NCBI GenBank assembly: GCA_963748825.1 | Contig: CAVVKN010000023.1 | Coordinates: 250,248-314,247, forward strand | Origin: Methanotrichaceae archaeon | GTDB taxonomy: Archaea > Halobacteriota > Methanosarcinia > Methanotrichales > Methanotrichaceae | Direction: 5' to 3' | DNA: 64,000 nucleotides | Made by a program: the position numbers and the translations under genes | In this document: piece after piece, positions 1-11,030 of the stretch | How the letters are laid out: every line of letters begins with the position of its first letter | Position numbering within the stretch: the stretch's first letter is position 1 | The notes under the pieces: model-generated | What the model was told of the DNA's origin: nothing | Seen by the model: only the letters and a program-made list of their open reading frames with translations | Databases searched by the model: none

Positions 1-69
1 CCGACGCGATTTGAACGCGTGACCTCACGGTTATCAGCCGTGCGCTCAACCTGGCTAAGCTACGGGCCC
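1..69 (-). tRNA. tRNA-Ile(GAT), 3' end cut by the window edge
   Basis: Reverse complement GGGCCCGTAGCTTAGCCAGGTTGAGCGCACGG-CTGATAA-CCGTGAGGTCACGCGTTCAAATCGCGTCGG gives D arm, anticodon stem CACGG/CCGTG with GAT, and T loop TTCAAAT. Confidence 0.95.
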
Positions 70-263
70 GATCCGCACTTTGCATTGATGATCCCATTAA
101 TAACTGTTTCCCTTCTAAAGCCCCTAGATTGGCATATAGCCCTGAGCCCAAATGGGGGATGCGTACACTTTTTATCAGCAAAAAAGACACCATCCGATTC
201 AGTTCTGCCCACTCTGCTTCAAGGCATAGCGTGGCTCTTCGACAGCCTTAAATCAAGGCAAGA

Positions 264-665
264 ATGATTCTAACCATGGTACTTATGGACACTCCCACAA
301 AAGAAAGCACAGAAAATTTGGAAGGACTTTACGACCTGGCGATCCCCCTGAGCATGCCTGTATCAGTAATCCGCGAGATAGTGGAGAATTTTGAGCTGGA
401 CCTGATCCGCCGTCTGGCCAAGATGGATATGACGGGAGAAGTGATGGACAGAGAGATCCTGGTGCTGAGAGGAGACATGGAGACTGTCAAGGCCGCCGAG
501 AAGTACATGTTCGAAGCCCTGGACAGAAAATTGGCGGATTGGAACAAGAAAGATCGAGAAGAAAAGTACAAGAAGTACTATGAGGAGCAGGCCGCCGCCA
601 GGATGAAGGAGCTTAAGGAAAATCCTGAAGCTGCGAAAAACTGGGACACGACTGCGACCCAATAG
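264..665 (+). CDS. Hypothetical protein (start may be ATG 285)
   Basis: 133 aa ORF with protein-like composition and charged helical C-terminus. Confidence 0.75.
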   Translation: MILTMVLMDTPTKESTENLEGLYDLAIPLSMPVSVIREIVENFELDLIRRLAKMDMTGEVMDREILVLRGDMETVKAAEKYMFEALDRKLADWNKKDREEKYKKYYEEQAAARMKELKENPEAAKNWDTTATQ

Positions 666-678
666 CTTCTAAACAAAA

Positions 679-1026
679 TCAGTCGATCATCACCCATTTG
701 TTCTTTCCTTCCCAAAGTTTCAAGGAAAGCAGCCTGACGGCAGTGCCGTCCATATCGTTTTTCAGCCGATCCGATATCCATTGGGCGATCGTCTCTGCTG
801 TGGGATTTGGCAAAATATCATTCAAGTAGCCGTGGTCTAGATCCTGCAATGCTCCTGCAATGATTTTCTTTAGCTGATAGAAATCCATGACAAAGCCGTC
901 GTCTCCAACATCGCCCTCCACCACAATCTCCACCTGGTAGGTGTGGCCGTGCAGATTGGCGCACTTGCCCTGGTAGCCGGGCAGGCTGTGAGCAGCATCA
1001 AACTCCGTGACTAATCCGAGCTTCAT
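679..1026 (-). CDS. queD: 6-carboxytetrahydropterin synthase QueD
   Basis: FDAAH, C-x-x-LHGHTY, LDH-x-x-LN, PTAE and WE motifs. Confidence 0.93.
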   Translation of the reverse strand: MKLGLVTEFDAAHSLPGYQGKCANLHGHTYQVEIVVEGDVGDDGFVMDFYQLKKIIAGALQDLDHGYLNDILPNPTAETIAQWISDRLKNDMDGTAVRLLSLKLWEGKNKWVMID

Positions 1027-1193
1027 TCCTGGGCGCGCCCCCTGCGTCGATCAATCTCATCTAATTGATCCAGCATCTTTCTTAGAGCTGATCTTATGGC
1101 GTCTGAGAGGCTTACGAACTTCTTTGCGTCGCCTACGTGCGCCTGGACATCATCTACGATGTGCTGAGGTATTTCCACTGTGACCTTGGGCAT
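1023..1193 (-). CDS. Ribbon-helix-helix (CopG-like) regulator
   Basis: MPKVTVEIP beta strand followed by SLSDAIRSALR helices; overlaps the queD start. Confidence 0.8.
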   Translation of the reverse strand: MPKVTVEIPQHIVDDVQAHVGDAKKFVSLSDAIRSALRKMLDQLDEIDRRRGRAQE

Positions 1194-1310
1194 AGAATCC
1201 TCTGATTTATCTTGCATATCTTTCCGGATATTCCTGTGGTATGGCCAGGAGAATATCATATTAATAGCTTATGCGTTCCTGCAATTAAGGCCGCCTTAAA
1301 ACCCACAATT

Positions 1311-2114
1311 TCATTCTACACAGTTTACGGCATCTTCAGGCGCGCCTGCCAGCTCCGTTAGGGCCTGAGCCTCCATGAAATGTAGCTTGGCAGGGACAAT
1401 CAGGATATGCAAGGGTCCGCCAAAGTCATAGCTTTGCAGACGCACTAGAAGATCCGCCTTCACCGCAGCATCATCCGAGCCCGCCCGGGCAATGCCTATG
1501 CCCACAACTTCATCCAGGACCTTCTCACCTACGTCATCCTGCATCTCCAGGAGAAGCGCTGCACCTTCGTTTACAGTCATATATCTCTCAACGGAATCGC
1601 TCTGGATATCCAGGAAGAGCATGGTATGCAAATTGCGGTCAAGGTTCTCCTTTAGTACCTGGTAGGGCGTCTGGGCAATGATTCGCTTGCCCCTGGAGAT
1701 GTAAGGAAAGGGAATGGTAGTGGACCTGCCGAAGCGGTAGTTTTGCAGGCCGCAAAGCCCCGATACAGCGGTGACGATGGAAGAGGAGTGAATCACCTGC
1801 GTCTTTATCCCCATCTTAGCCGCTCGCAGCCGCAGGTCCAGATGAGTGGTGGAGACCATGGCATCGCCCCCCACCAGGAAGGCCACGTCCTTATCCAGGG
1901 CATCCTCCATCCAGGAGGGGTCCACTTCCACCTGCTGGCGGGAGAGAAGGCTGATCTTGCGGCCATAGAATGCCTCCAGCTTCTCATGAGTTGCGCCCAT
2001 CAGCCGGGAGGTGTAAAACTCAGCATAAACCATGTCAGCCGCGCGAACCGCATCAAGGCCTTTGACGGAGATATCCCGCTCGTCGTAGAGCCCAAGACCA
2101 ATGAAGATGAGCAT
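1311..2114 (-). CDS. dph5: Diphthine synthase
   Basis: [39 protein letters not shown] and FGGPLH motifs. Confidence 0.95.
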   Translation of the reverse strand: MLIFIGLGLYDERDISVKGLDAVRAADMVYAEFYTSRLMGATHEKLEAFYGRKISLLSRQQVEVDPSWMEDALDKDVAFLVGGDAMVSTTHLDLRLRAAKMGIKTQVIHSSSIVTAVSGLCGLQNYRFGRSTTIPFPYISRGKRIIAQTPYQVLKENLDRNLHTMLFLDIQSDSVERYMTVNEGAALLLEMQDDVGEKVLDEVVGIGIARAGSDDAAVKADLLVRLQSYDFGGPLHILIVPAKLHFMEAQALTELAGAPEDAVNCVE

Positions 2115-2198
2115 AGCAATTTCCTCATTTTTCCAGTTTATAAACGCTACCACTTATCTTTCGTCAAGTCTATATTCCATACCACCGCAAATAAGGGC

Positions 2199-2849
2199 AT
2201 GATTGGCAGGGCAACTCAGGTGGTGGATTGCAGGGAGAGCATGGGCCTGGCCAAGGGTGGCGGGCTGGCCCAGAGGGGCACGCTCTCTGAGGCGACAAAG
2301 CCGGATGTGATCGCCATAGCCATGTCTCCAGGGCGGCGTCACATTACCAAACCCGTTTGCGAGATGACCTATGGGCTGCGCCGGGAGGGCATTCAGACCA
2401 GCGTGCTGGTTTTGGAGGCAGGAACAGGACTTCCGGAGAGCTTTCCCCAGGCTTCGCGAGGCTACGGCCCCACCTTCGGGCTGAACGAAAGAGAGCTGCA
2501 ACAGGTGGCGCGCCATAAGATTGCCGTTCTGCATCTGGGAAACGTGCGCTCGCACGTCATCCACAAGGCCAAAGAGATTTTGGCGCAGGTAGATATTCCC
2601 GTGGTAGTGGTAGCGCAGTGTCCCATGGATATGGAGGATTTTGCCAAAGAGGGCATCAAGACGCGCACCGTCAAGCCGGCCCACCAGAAGACGGAAACAA
2701 AAGGCGAGGTAGTGGATATCGTCACCGGCATAACCCGCGGTGCCACCTGTACCAGAGTTAAGCTCAACACGCTGGCCAAGGTTTTAAACAAGCATCTGGC
2801 GGAGATCAATGCCCGAGAGGCCGATGCGGCCTTGAAAAAGAAGAAATAG
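2199..2849 (+). CDS. mcrC: Methyl-coenzyme M reductase operon protein C
   Basis: VVDCRESMGLAKGGGLAQRGT, MSPGRRHITKPVC and HLGNV motifs; start taken as ATG 2199 inside the longer ORF. Confidence 0.93.
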   Translation: MIGRATQVVDCRESMGLAKGGGLAQRGTLSEATKPDVIAIAMSPGRRHITKPVCEMTYGLRREGIQTSVLVLEAGTGLPESFPQASRGYGPTFGLNERELQQVARHKIAVLHLGNVRSHVIHKAKEILAQVDIPVVVVAQCPMDMEDFAKEGIKTRTVKPAHQKTETKGEVVDIVTGITRGATCTRVKLNTLAKVLNKHLAEINAREADAALKKKK

Positions 2850-3010
2850 AGAGTGGGCTCATCTCGGCATCTTTTGGATATCCTAAAAACTCTGGGCCAA
2901 GATCAGAACATTCCGGTTCAGCGGCGGCGATACGCCATCCGCGGGAACCGGTTGTTAGCTGACCGTTTTTTTTTCGCCGCCCTGTTAGAAGCCCTCGAAG
3001 ACGTTTTATG

Positions 3011-5445
<2,435 letters not shown>

Positions 5446-5471
5446 CATATATTCATCGTAAAAAACCGGTA

Positions 5472-5510
5472 ATTATGTGCGGGGGATGAGGTTCCCGCAC
5501 AAAAATAATC
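5472..5510. repeat. GC-rich palindrome, copy 1
   Basis: tgtgcggg-ggatgaggtt-cccgcaca hairpin; resembles the reverse complement of 7862-7898. Confidence 0.7.
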
Positions 5511-5624
5511 AATTTAACTTTTCTTTAGGTAAATTTAGTTTTTTAACCAACCTTAAATAATATATCTAAGTATGCTACTTTTGGTGATGAATTTGGGGCT
5601 TGCTGATGATGCTGAGTCGAGAAA

Positions 5625-6671
5625 ATGTTAGCTGCAGTTTTAAAGGCCCCCGGACTCATTGAGCTTGAGGAGGTGCCGGACGCGGAGTGCCCAAAAGGCG
5701 GAGCCCTTCTAGAGGTAAAGGCCTGCGCTGTATGCGGCACGGACATCAAAATGCTGCAGCATGGCCACAAAGACCTTGCTTATCCGCGCATTCTGGGGCA
5801 TGAGATAGTTGGCAGGATCATCGAGATCGATCGTGACTCGAGTCTGACAGAAGGTGATCTAGTACAGGTCTGGCCCGGGATTACCTGTGGCAAATGCCGT
5901 CCCTGTCAACGAGGAGAAGATAATCGCTGCCATGAGATGAATATTCTGGGATTTAACCAAGATGGTGGCTTTGCCAAGCTTCTAGCTCTCCCTGGGCAGT
6001 GCGTCTCCAAAGGATTAAATCTGTTGCCTAATGGCGCTGATCCTTGTATTTCCGCCTTGGCCGAGCCTCTGGCATGCTGCATAAATGGCCAGGAGATGGC
6101 CAGAGTTTCGAAAGGAGATTTTGTTTTGATCTTGGGTGCAGGTCCCATCGGCTGTCTCCATGCTCTTTTAGCAGAACTCTCTGGTGCTGAGAAGATAATA
6201 ATTGTAGAAAAAATACCGGAGCGCATACTACAGATAAGTAAACACTGCAGAGTCGATGCAATAAGCTCCGACACAATTGATCCTGGTGAATCTTTTGCAG
6301 GTGTTATTCTAGAGAAAACTGGTGGTGCGGGCGTAGATGTAATCCTGACTGCATCTCCTGAATTTAGAATCGACAACAATCTTCACAAGTTGCTCGCTCC
6401 CGGCGGAAGGATCTGCATATTCTCCGGGCCGAGGCCGGGAAACTATGAAGAGCTAATTAGTCTACGATCGATACACTATCGAGAGCAGACGATTACGGGA
6501 TCCTACGGCTGCTCCAGTCAGCAGAATAGAAAGGCTGCGGAACTATTGACCACAGGGATGATCAACGCAGATTGGATCATAACAAAAAAGACACACATTT
6601 CTGGCATTCAGGATGCATTGAGCCATTCTTCAAAAAGAAGCGGTTTAAAATCGGTCGTATATGGAATTTAG
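5625..6671 (+). CDS. Zinc-dependent medium-chain (polyol/threonine-type) dehydrogenase
   Basis: CGTD, GHE, CxxCxxCxxxxxxxC structural zinc site, GAGPIG. Confidence 0.9.
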   Translation: MLAAVLKAPGLIELEEVPDAECPKGGALLEVKACAVCGTDIKMLQHGHKDLAYPRILGHEIVGRIIEIDRDSSLTEGDLVQVWPGITCGKCRPCQRGEDNRCHEMNILGFNQDGGFAKLLALPGQCVSKGLNLLPNGADPCISALAEPLACCINGQEMARVSKGDFVLILGAGPIGCLHALLAELSGAEKIIIVEKIPERILQISKHCRVDAISSDTIDPGESFAGVILEKTGGAGVDVILTASPEFRIDNNLHKLLAPGGRICIFSGPRPGNYEELISLRSIHYREQTITGSYGCSSQQNRKAAELLTTGMINADWIITKKTHISGIQDALSHSSKRSGLKSVVYGI

Positions 6672-6680
6672 GTGTTTTAA

Positions 6681-7794
6681 GATGGAAGAAGATTTGAGAT
6701 ACTTCGGAAGCAAAGTTGATGCACTGATAAAAGGCCAGAACCTCACCCGAGCGGAAGCAAATGATCTATTCAGCAGGATACTAAACAATGAGCAGCCTGA
6801 CTTGCAGCAAGGTGCTTTCCTGGCGGCCATTACCGCCAAAGGTGCAACTCCTCAAGAGATTGCTGGCATCTGGGAAGCTATCTATGAATTAGATACCATA
6901 AAGGTCCACCCGGATGTGAGCGGTCCTTTAACGGAAAACTGTGGCACAGGCATGGATTCCATCAAGACTTTCAATATCAGCACGGCCGCATCAATAGTAG
7001 CTGCATCTGACGGCATAATAATGGCTAAGCACGGAGCTAGGGCAATAACCTCCAGATGCGGAGCTGTCGACATCCTAGAAACGCTTGGATTGGACGTGGA
7101 GTGCGATGTCTCGCTGGTCAAGAGGAGCATAGAACAAGCTGGCATAGGCATTTTCAACGGCATGAGTGGCAAAGTGCATCCCCAGGCTCTCTACAGGATT
7201 TTATCTCAGATCAGATTCGGGACGGTCCTCAACATCGCAGGGTCTCTCGCCAATCCGGCTCTACCTTCCTACGGCGTTCGTGGAGTCTACTCCAGAGAGA
7301 TGGTTCTTCCCATAGCTCTGGCCATGAAGGAGATTGGCTACAAACGGGCTTTGGTGATGCACGGTCGGAGTGCTGACAGCTCCCGAGGGATGGATGAACT
7401 TTCCACTCTTGGTTCCTCTTATGTGGCGGAGATAGATGAGGATGGAGAGATCCATGAGTACACAATCATCTTAGAGGGACTTGGTGTGAAGAAAGGAGAT
7501 GAAGCATCTATCCTTTATCAATCAGATCGGACCGCGGAAGCAATAAGCCTTCTAAGAGTCCTCTCTGGAAAAGATAAAAGCCACAGGAGCGAGATAGTAT
7601 GCCTTAATGCAGCACCTTTGCTTCATATCACCGGGCATGCTGAGAGCCTCAAAGATGGGGTGGACAAGGCTAGAGAGATCATAGATAGCGATAGACCCAT
7701 AAGAAAGTTGAAAGCCTGGGTGAAGCAGCAGAACTCGGAACCCGGAGAGCGGCTTGAGAAACTAGATGAGATGCTTGCATTGGCCTTGTCCTGA
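6681..7794 (+). CDS. Anthranilate phosphoribosyltransferase-like protein (divergent TrpD family)
   Basis: CGTGMD, TFNIST, AKHG, N-x-x-G-x-L-x-NP and G-x-DE motifs. Confidence 0.85.
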
Positions 7795-7861
7795 GTTGTG
7801 TAACCTGTAGTCCCTTCCCTTCAATTTCGATGTGGCCTAACGATGTGGGTTCTGAAAATGA

Positions 7862-7898
7862 GATTACTTGCGGGGGTCTCATCCCCCCGCACGTAATC
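7862..7898. repeat. GC-rich palindrome, copy 2 (inverted relative to copy 1)
   Basis: gattac-ttgcggggg-tctcat-ccccccgca-cgtaatc hairpin. Confidence 0.7.
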
Positions 7899-7921
7899 GT
7901 AGATACGGAATCCATACTTAG

Positions 7922-8062
7922 CGGGGCACGAAGAAGGTGCACGTATTCACAGGCGAGCGGGTGCAGGTGGACAAGCCCAAGGGCGCGCCGGCCTGGATGC
8001 CCGACAAGATCTGGAAGCCAATGGTTAAGAAGGTGGGCACAGAGACGCTGGAAGAGCTTTGA
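7922..8062 (+). pseudogene. C-terminal half of non-histone chromosomal protein MC1
   Basis: Translates RGTKKVHVFTGERVQVDKPKGAPAWMPDKIWKPMVKKVGTETLEEL*, matching MC1 (RGTKKVHVF...PAWMP); in-frame TAG immediately upstream and no N-terminal half. Confidence 0.85.
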
Positions 8063-8489
8063 AGGCTCGCCTCGCTCGCTACAGGTCCCGGCATGGCCTC
8101 TGCCGCAGCAGATGTATCTTAGATACCGAGCCCCCCGTTGGTCCTCTCAGCGAAGCGTGAGTTTCTTTCAGTCTACCAGGGCCTTAGAAAGGAGGCTGCA
8201 TCAGAGCCCCTCCCCCTCAGCAGTATCGTATCTTGAGTCCGTCGCCCCGGCGGCTTGTCCAAGGCTCGCCGATAAAAAGGACCGGCAGCCAGGCTGATTA
8301 TGGTTGCGCCGCAGCAGCGGGAAGCCCCCGTAGGGCCGCAGCCTTAATCTGCCTGGCTGACGAGCAGAAGGCGAGCCTGGTGCCGCTGGGGACGGACCTG
8401 ACGATACTGCTGAGGTCCTGGGGCTAAAGCCGGTCTGGCTCGTGCTCCTGGCCCTTGGACATTCGATATCATTGAAAGGAAGGTCTATC

Positions 8490-8511
8490 AGCCCGTAAAG
8501 CTCGTAGACCA
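8490..8511 (-). repeat. Orphan 22-bp core of the RM-tail repeat
   Basis: agcccgtaaagctcgtagacca is identical to the core of the repeat at 54943-55170 (encodes VYELYGL). Confidence 0.75.
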
Positions 8512-8582
8512 AACAGAAACATGGAGTGAACCCCTCCGAGTGGACAATGAGTTAAGCAACATCAACTCATGGAGGGAAGTAC

Positions 8583-8912
8583 ATGAAAAAGACGAGGCGG
8601 CGCTACGACCGAGCATTCAAGATATCAGTAGTAGCTGAACTTGAGAGTGGCAAACCTCTCGCTCAGATCGCCCGCGAGCATAGCATCCATCCGGCCCTGC
8701 CATCTCGGTGGAGAGAAGAGCTGGCCGAGAATCCCGAAAAAGCATTTAGCGGCAATGGAAATCAGTATAAAGACCAGGCAAGGATTGCAGAACTTGAGAG
8801 GCTGCTAGGCCAAGCTCATGCCGAGATCGATCTTTTAAAAAAAGCCTTCGCCATGACCCAAAAGAAGGTCCGGGAGGAGAGATTAAAACCGACACTGAGG
8901 GACGGTACATGA
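8583..8912 (+). CDS. IS3 transposase OrfA (HTH)
   Basis: RRRYDRAFKISVV...QIAREHSI HTH followed by a RIAELERLLG zipper. Confidence 0.92.
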   Translation: MKKTRRRYDRAFKISVVAELESGKPLAQIAREHSIHPALPSRWREELAENPEKAFSGNGNQYKDQARIAELERLLGQAHAEIDLLKKAFAMTQKKVREERLKPTLRDGT

Positions 8913-9778
8913 CTATCCAGGATGCCCAATCAGGCGGCCTTCAGTTGCCAATATCTCAATCCTGTCAATCACTCGAAGTGAGTCGCAGCGGCTACTACAA
9001 ATGGCGGGTACAACCAAAAAGGGTTCCATATGTGAATATGGATCTGAAGAACCAGATTCAAGAGATCGCTCTGGAATTTACTGGCTATGGTTACAGGAGG
9101 ATGACGGCAGAACTCCGATACAGGGGCTATGTCGTTAACCACAAACGCGTGCTGGACCTGATGCGACAGGATAACCTTCTGTGCCTGAAGAAGAGATTCA
9201 AGCCGATAACGACTGATTCCAGTCATGGACTTCCTGTATATCCAAACCTTCTGAAGAACATAAAGATAACCGGACTGAACCAGGCCTGGGTCTCAGATAT
9301 CACATACGTCCAGTTGCTGCATGAGCACATCTATCTCGCGGTGATCCTGGATCTCTACAGCAGAAAATGCATCGGCTGGGAGCTGAGCAGAAACATTGAC
9401 CACCGACTGGCTATGAATGCTCTGGCTAAGGCATTAGAAAATCGATGGCCAGAAGCTGCTCAAGGACTTGTTCATCATTCTGATCAGGGCGTTCAATACG
9501 CATCCAAATATTATGTAGATTGTCTTAAAAAGCACAACATCCTGGTTAGCATGTCTAGAAAAGGAAATCCATACGATAATGCGTTTGCAGAGAGCTTTAT
9601 CAAAACCCTGAAGGTCGAGGAGGTATATCTGAATGAGTACGGAACGTTTGAAGAGGCTTATAGAAACATATGGCATTTTATCGAGAAAGTTTACAACAGG
9701 AAGAGGCTGCATTCTGCCCTTGGCTATAGATCTCCAGAACAGTTCGAAATGGGGGTTGCTTTAAGTACTGTTGCTTAA
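8909..9778 (+). CDS. IS3 transposase OrfB (DDE)
   Basis: YGYRR, WVSDITY, HHSDQGVQY, DNAFAESF, YNRKRLHSALGY; ATGA overlap with orfA. Confidence 0.95.
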   Translation: MTIQDAQSGGLQLPISQSCQSLEVSRSGYYKWRVQPKRVPYVNMDLKNQIQEIALEFTGYGYRRMTAELRYRGYVVNHKRVLDLMRQDNLLCLKKRFKPITTDSSHGLPVYPNLLKNIKITGLNQAWVSDITYVQLLHEHIYLAVILDLYSRKCIGWELSRNIDHRLAMNALAKALENRWPEAAQGLVHHSDQGVQYASKYYVDCLKKHNILVSMSRKGNPYDNAFAESFIKTLKVEEVYLNEYGTFEEAYRNIWHFIEKVYNRKRLHSALGYRSPEQFEMGVALSTVA

Positions 9779-9801
9779 CTAACTGTCTACTATCAGGGGT
9801 T

Positions 9802-10629
9802 CTAAAGAGAGAACTAGAAGAAGAACGCTTGAAGATAGAGGAACCTGAAAGATACATTCAGATGAAACAGGAAGAGGAGCAATCAAAGAAAGAACAAAAA
9901 GAGAAACAAGAAGAGAATTTAAAAAGGATACGAGCAGAATATTTAAAGAAGAAACAGGAAGAGGAGCGCTTAAAGAACGAACCGGAGCGCCTAAAAAGGG
10001 AACGAGAAGAATGGCGCTTAGAGATAGAACAAACAAAAGAGCGCCTAAAAAGGGAACGAGAAGAATGGCGCTTAAAGAAAGAACAAGAAGAAGAAGAAAA
10101 GCGCTTGAAGATAGAAGAACCTGAAAGATACTTCAAGATGAAACAGGTACTAGAAGAACGCTTGAAGATAGAAGAACCTGAAAGATACTTTAAGCCGAAA
10201 CTGGAAGAGGAGCGCTTAAAGAGGATGCGAGAAGAATATTTAAAAAGGAAACAAGACGAGAATTCAAAGCGGGAACAGGAAGTAGAGCGCTTAAAAAGGA
10301 TGCGAGAAGAATATTTAAAGTGGAAACAAGAAGAGAATTCAAAGCGGGAACAGGAAGTTGAGCGCTTAAAGAGGAATCAAGAAGAGTATTTAATGCGGCA
10401 ACAAGAAGAGAATTTAAAGAAGAAACAGGAAGAAGAGCTAATAAAGGAACAAGAAGAGGAGCGCTTAAAAAAGGAACGAGAAGAAGAGCGCCTGAAGATA
10501 GAGGAACCTGAAAGATACTTCAAGATGAAACAGGAAGATGAGCGCTTAAAGAATGAGCGAGTACGATGTGTCCCCTTTTATAACACGAAAGATGAAGACC
10601 AGATAATGGCGCTTTTTCGGGATGCTTAA
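9802..10629 (+). pseudogene. Low-complexity E/K/R repeat coiled-coil protein, 5' part cut off by the IS
   Basis: Frame is open from the IS boundary; repeats RLKIEEPERYFKMKQ (4 copies) and RLKRMREEYLK; no ATG start. Confidence 0.6.
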
Positions 10630-10813
10630 ACCCAGGCATCGACATAGTTGGGATCTAGCGTGAGAGTCTTGTCGAAGCACTTGATTGCTGAATCGTAAAC
10701 CCTTTCATTAGAATAGGCAACGCCCTTATTGTGCAATCTTCTGCGGTCTGCTGACATTGTGCTGATGTCATCACTACGAGCAGAAGGACGAAAGCGGCAG
10801 ATATCAATCTCAT
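10626..10813 (-). pseudogene. Remnant of a secreted TPR protein
   Basis: Signal peptide MRLISAAFVLLLVVMTSAQCQQTAED, then after a frameshift NKGVAYSNERVYDSAIKCFDKTLTLDPNYVDAWV* (one TPR). Confidence 0.75.
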
Positions 10814-11030
10814 GAGATCGAGGAAGTGCTTAAAGAAGATATGTTTGTCGGGTTCTGAATTTCCTTGATGCATCTGCTTCATCTCGCATCTATAATAGCC
10901 ACTTGAAGCCTCTATACAGTTCACGTTCCCCGTTAAATTTTTATTTTTATCGCAATACCCCGATGCTTGCTGCGCGGGTACGCCGTCGTTTCACTTTGTG
11001 AGAAGTTTGAGTCTCAGCGAGCAAACCCCC

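Larger units (their letters stand above)
8526..9804 (+). mobile_element. IS3-family insertion sequence (~1.28 kb)
   Basis: Imperfect terminal inverted repeats GAACCCCTccgAGTgGACA and GAACCCCTgatAGTaGACA flanking orfA and orfB. Confidence 0.92.

Noticed and set aside
1743-2198. N-terminal extension of McrC
   Set aside because: It overlaps dph5 on the opposite strand; McrC similarity starts at ATG 2199.
8315-8350. Possible displaced N-terminal half of MC1 (GKPP/RAAAL resembling GKQPRQAAL)
   Set aside because: The match is too short, needs a frameshift and lies downstream of the C-terminal half; probably chance.
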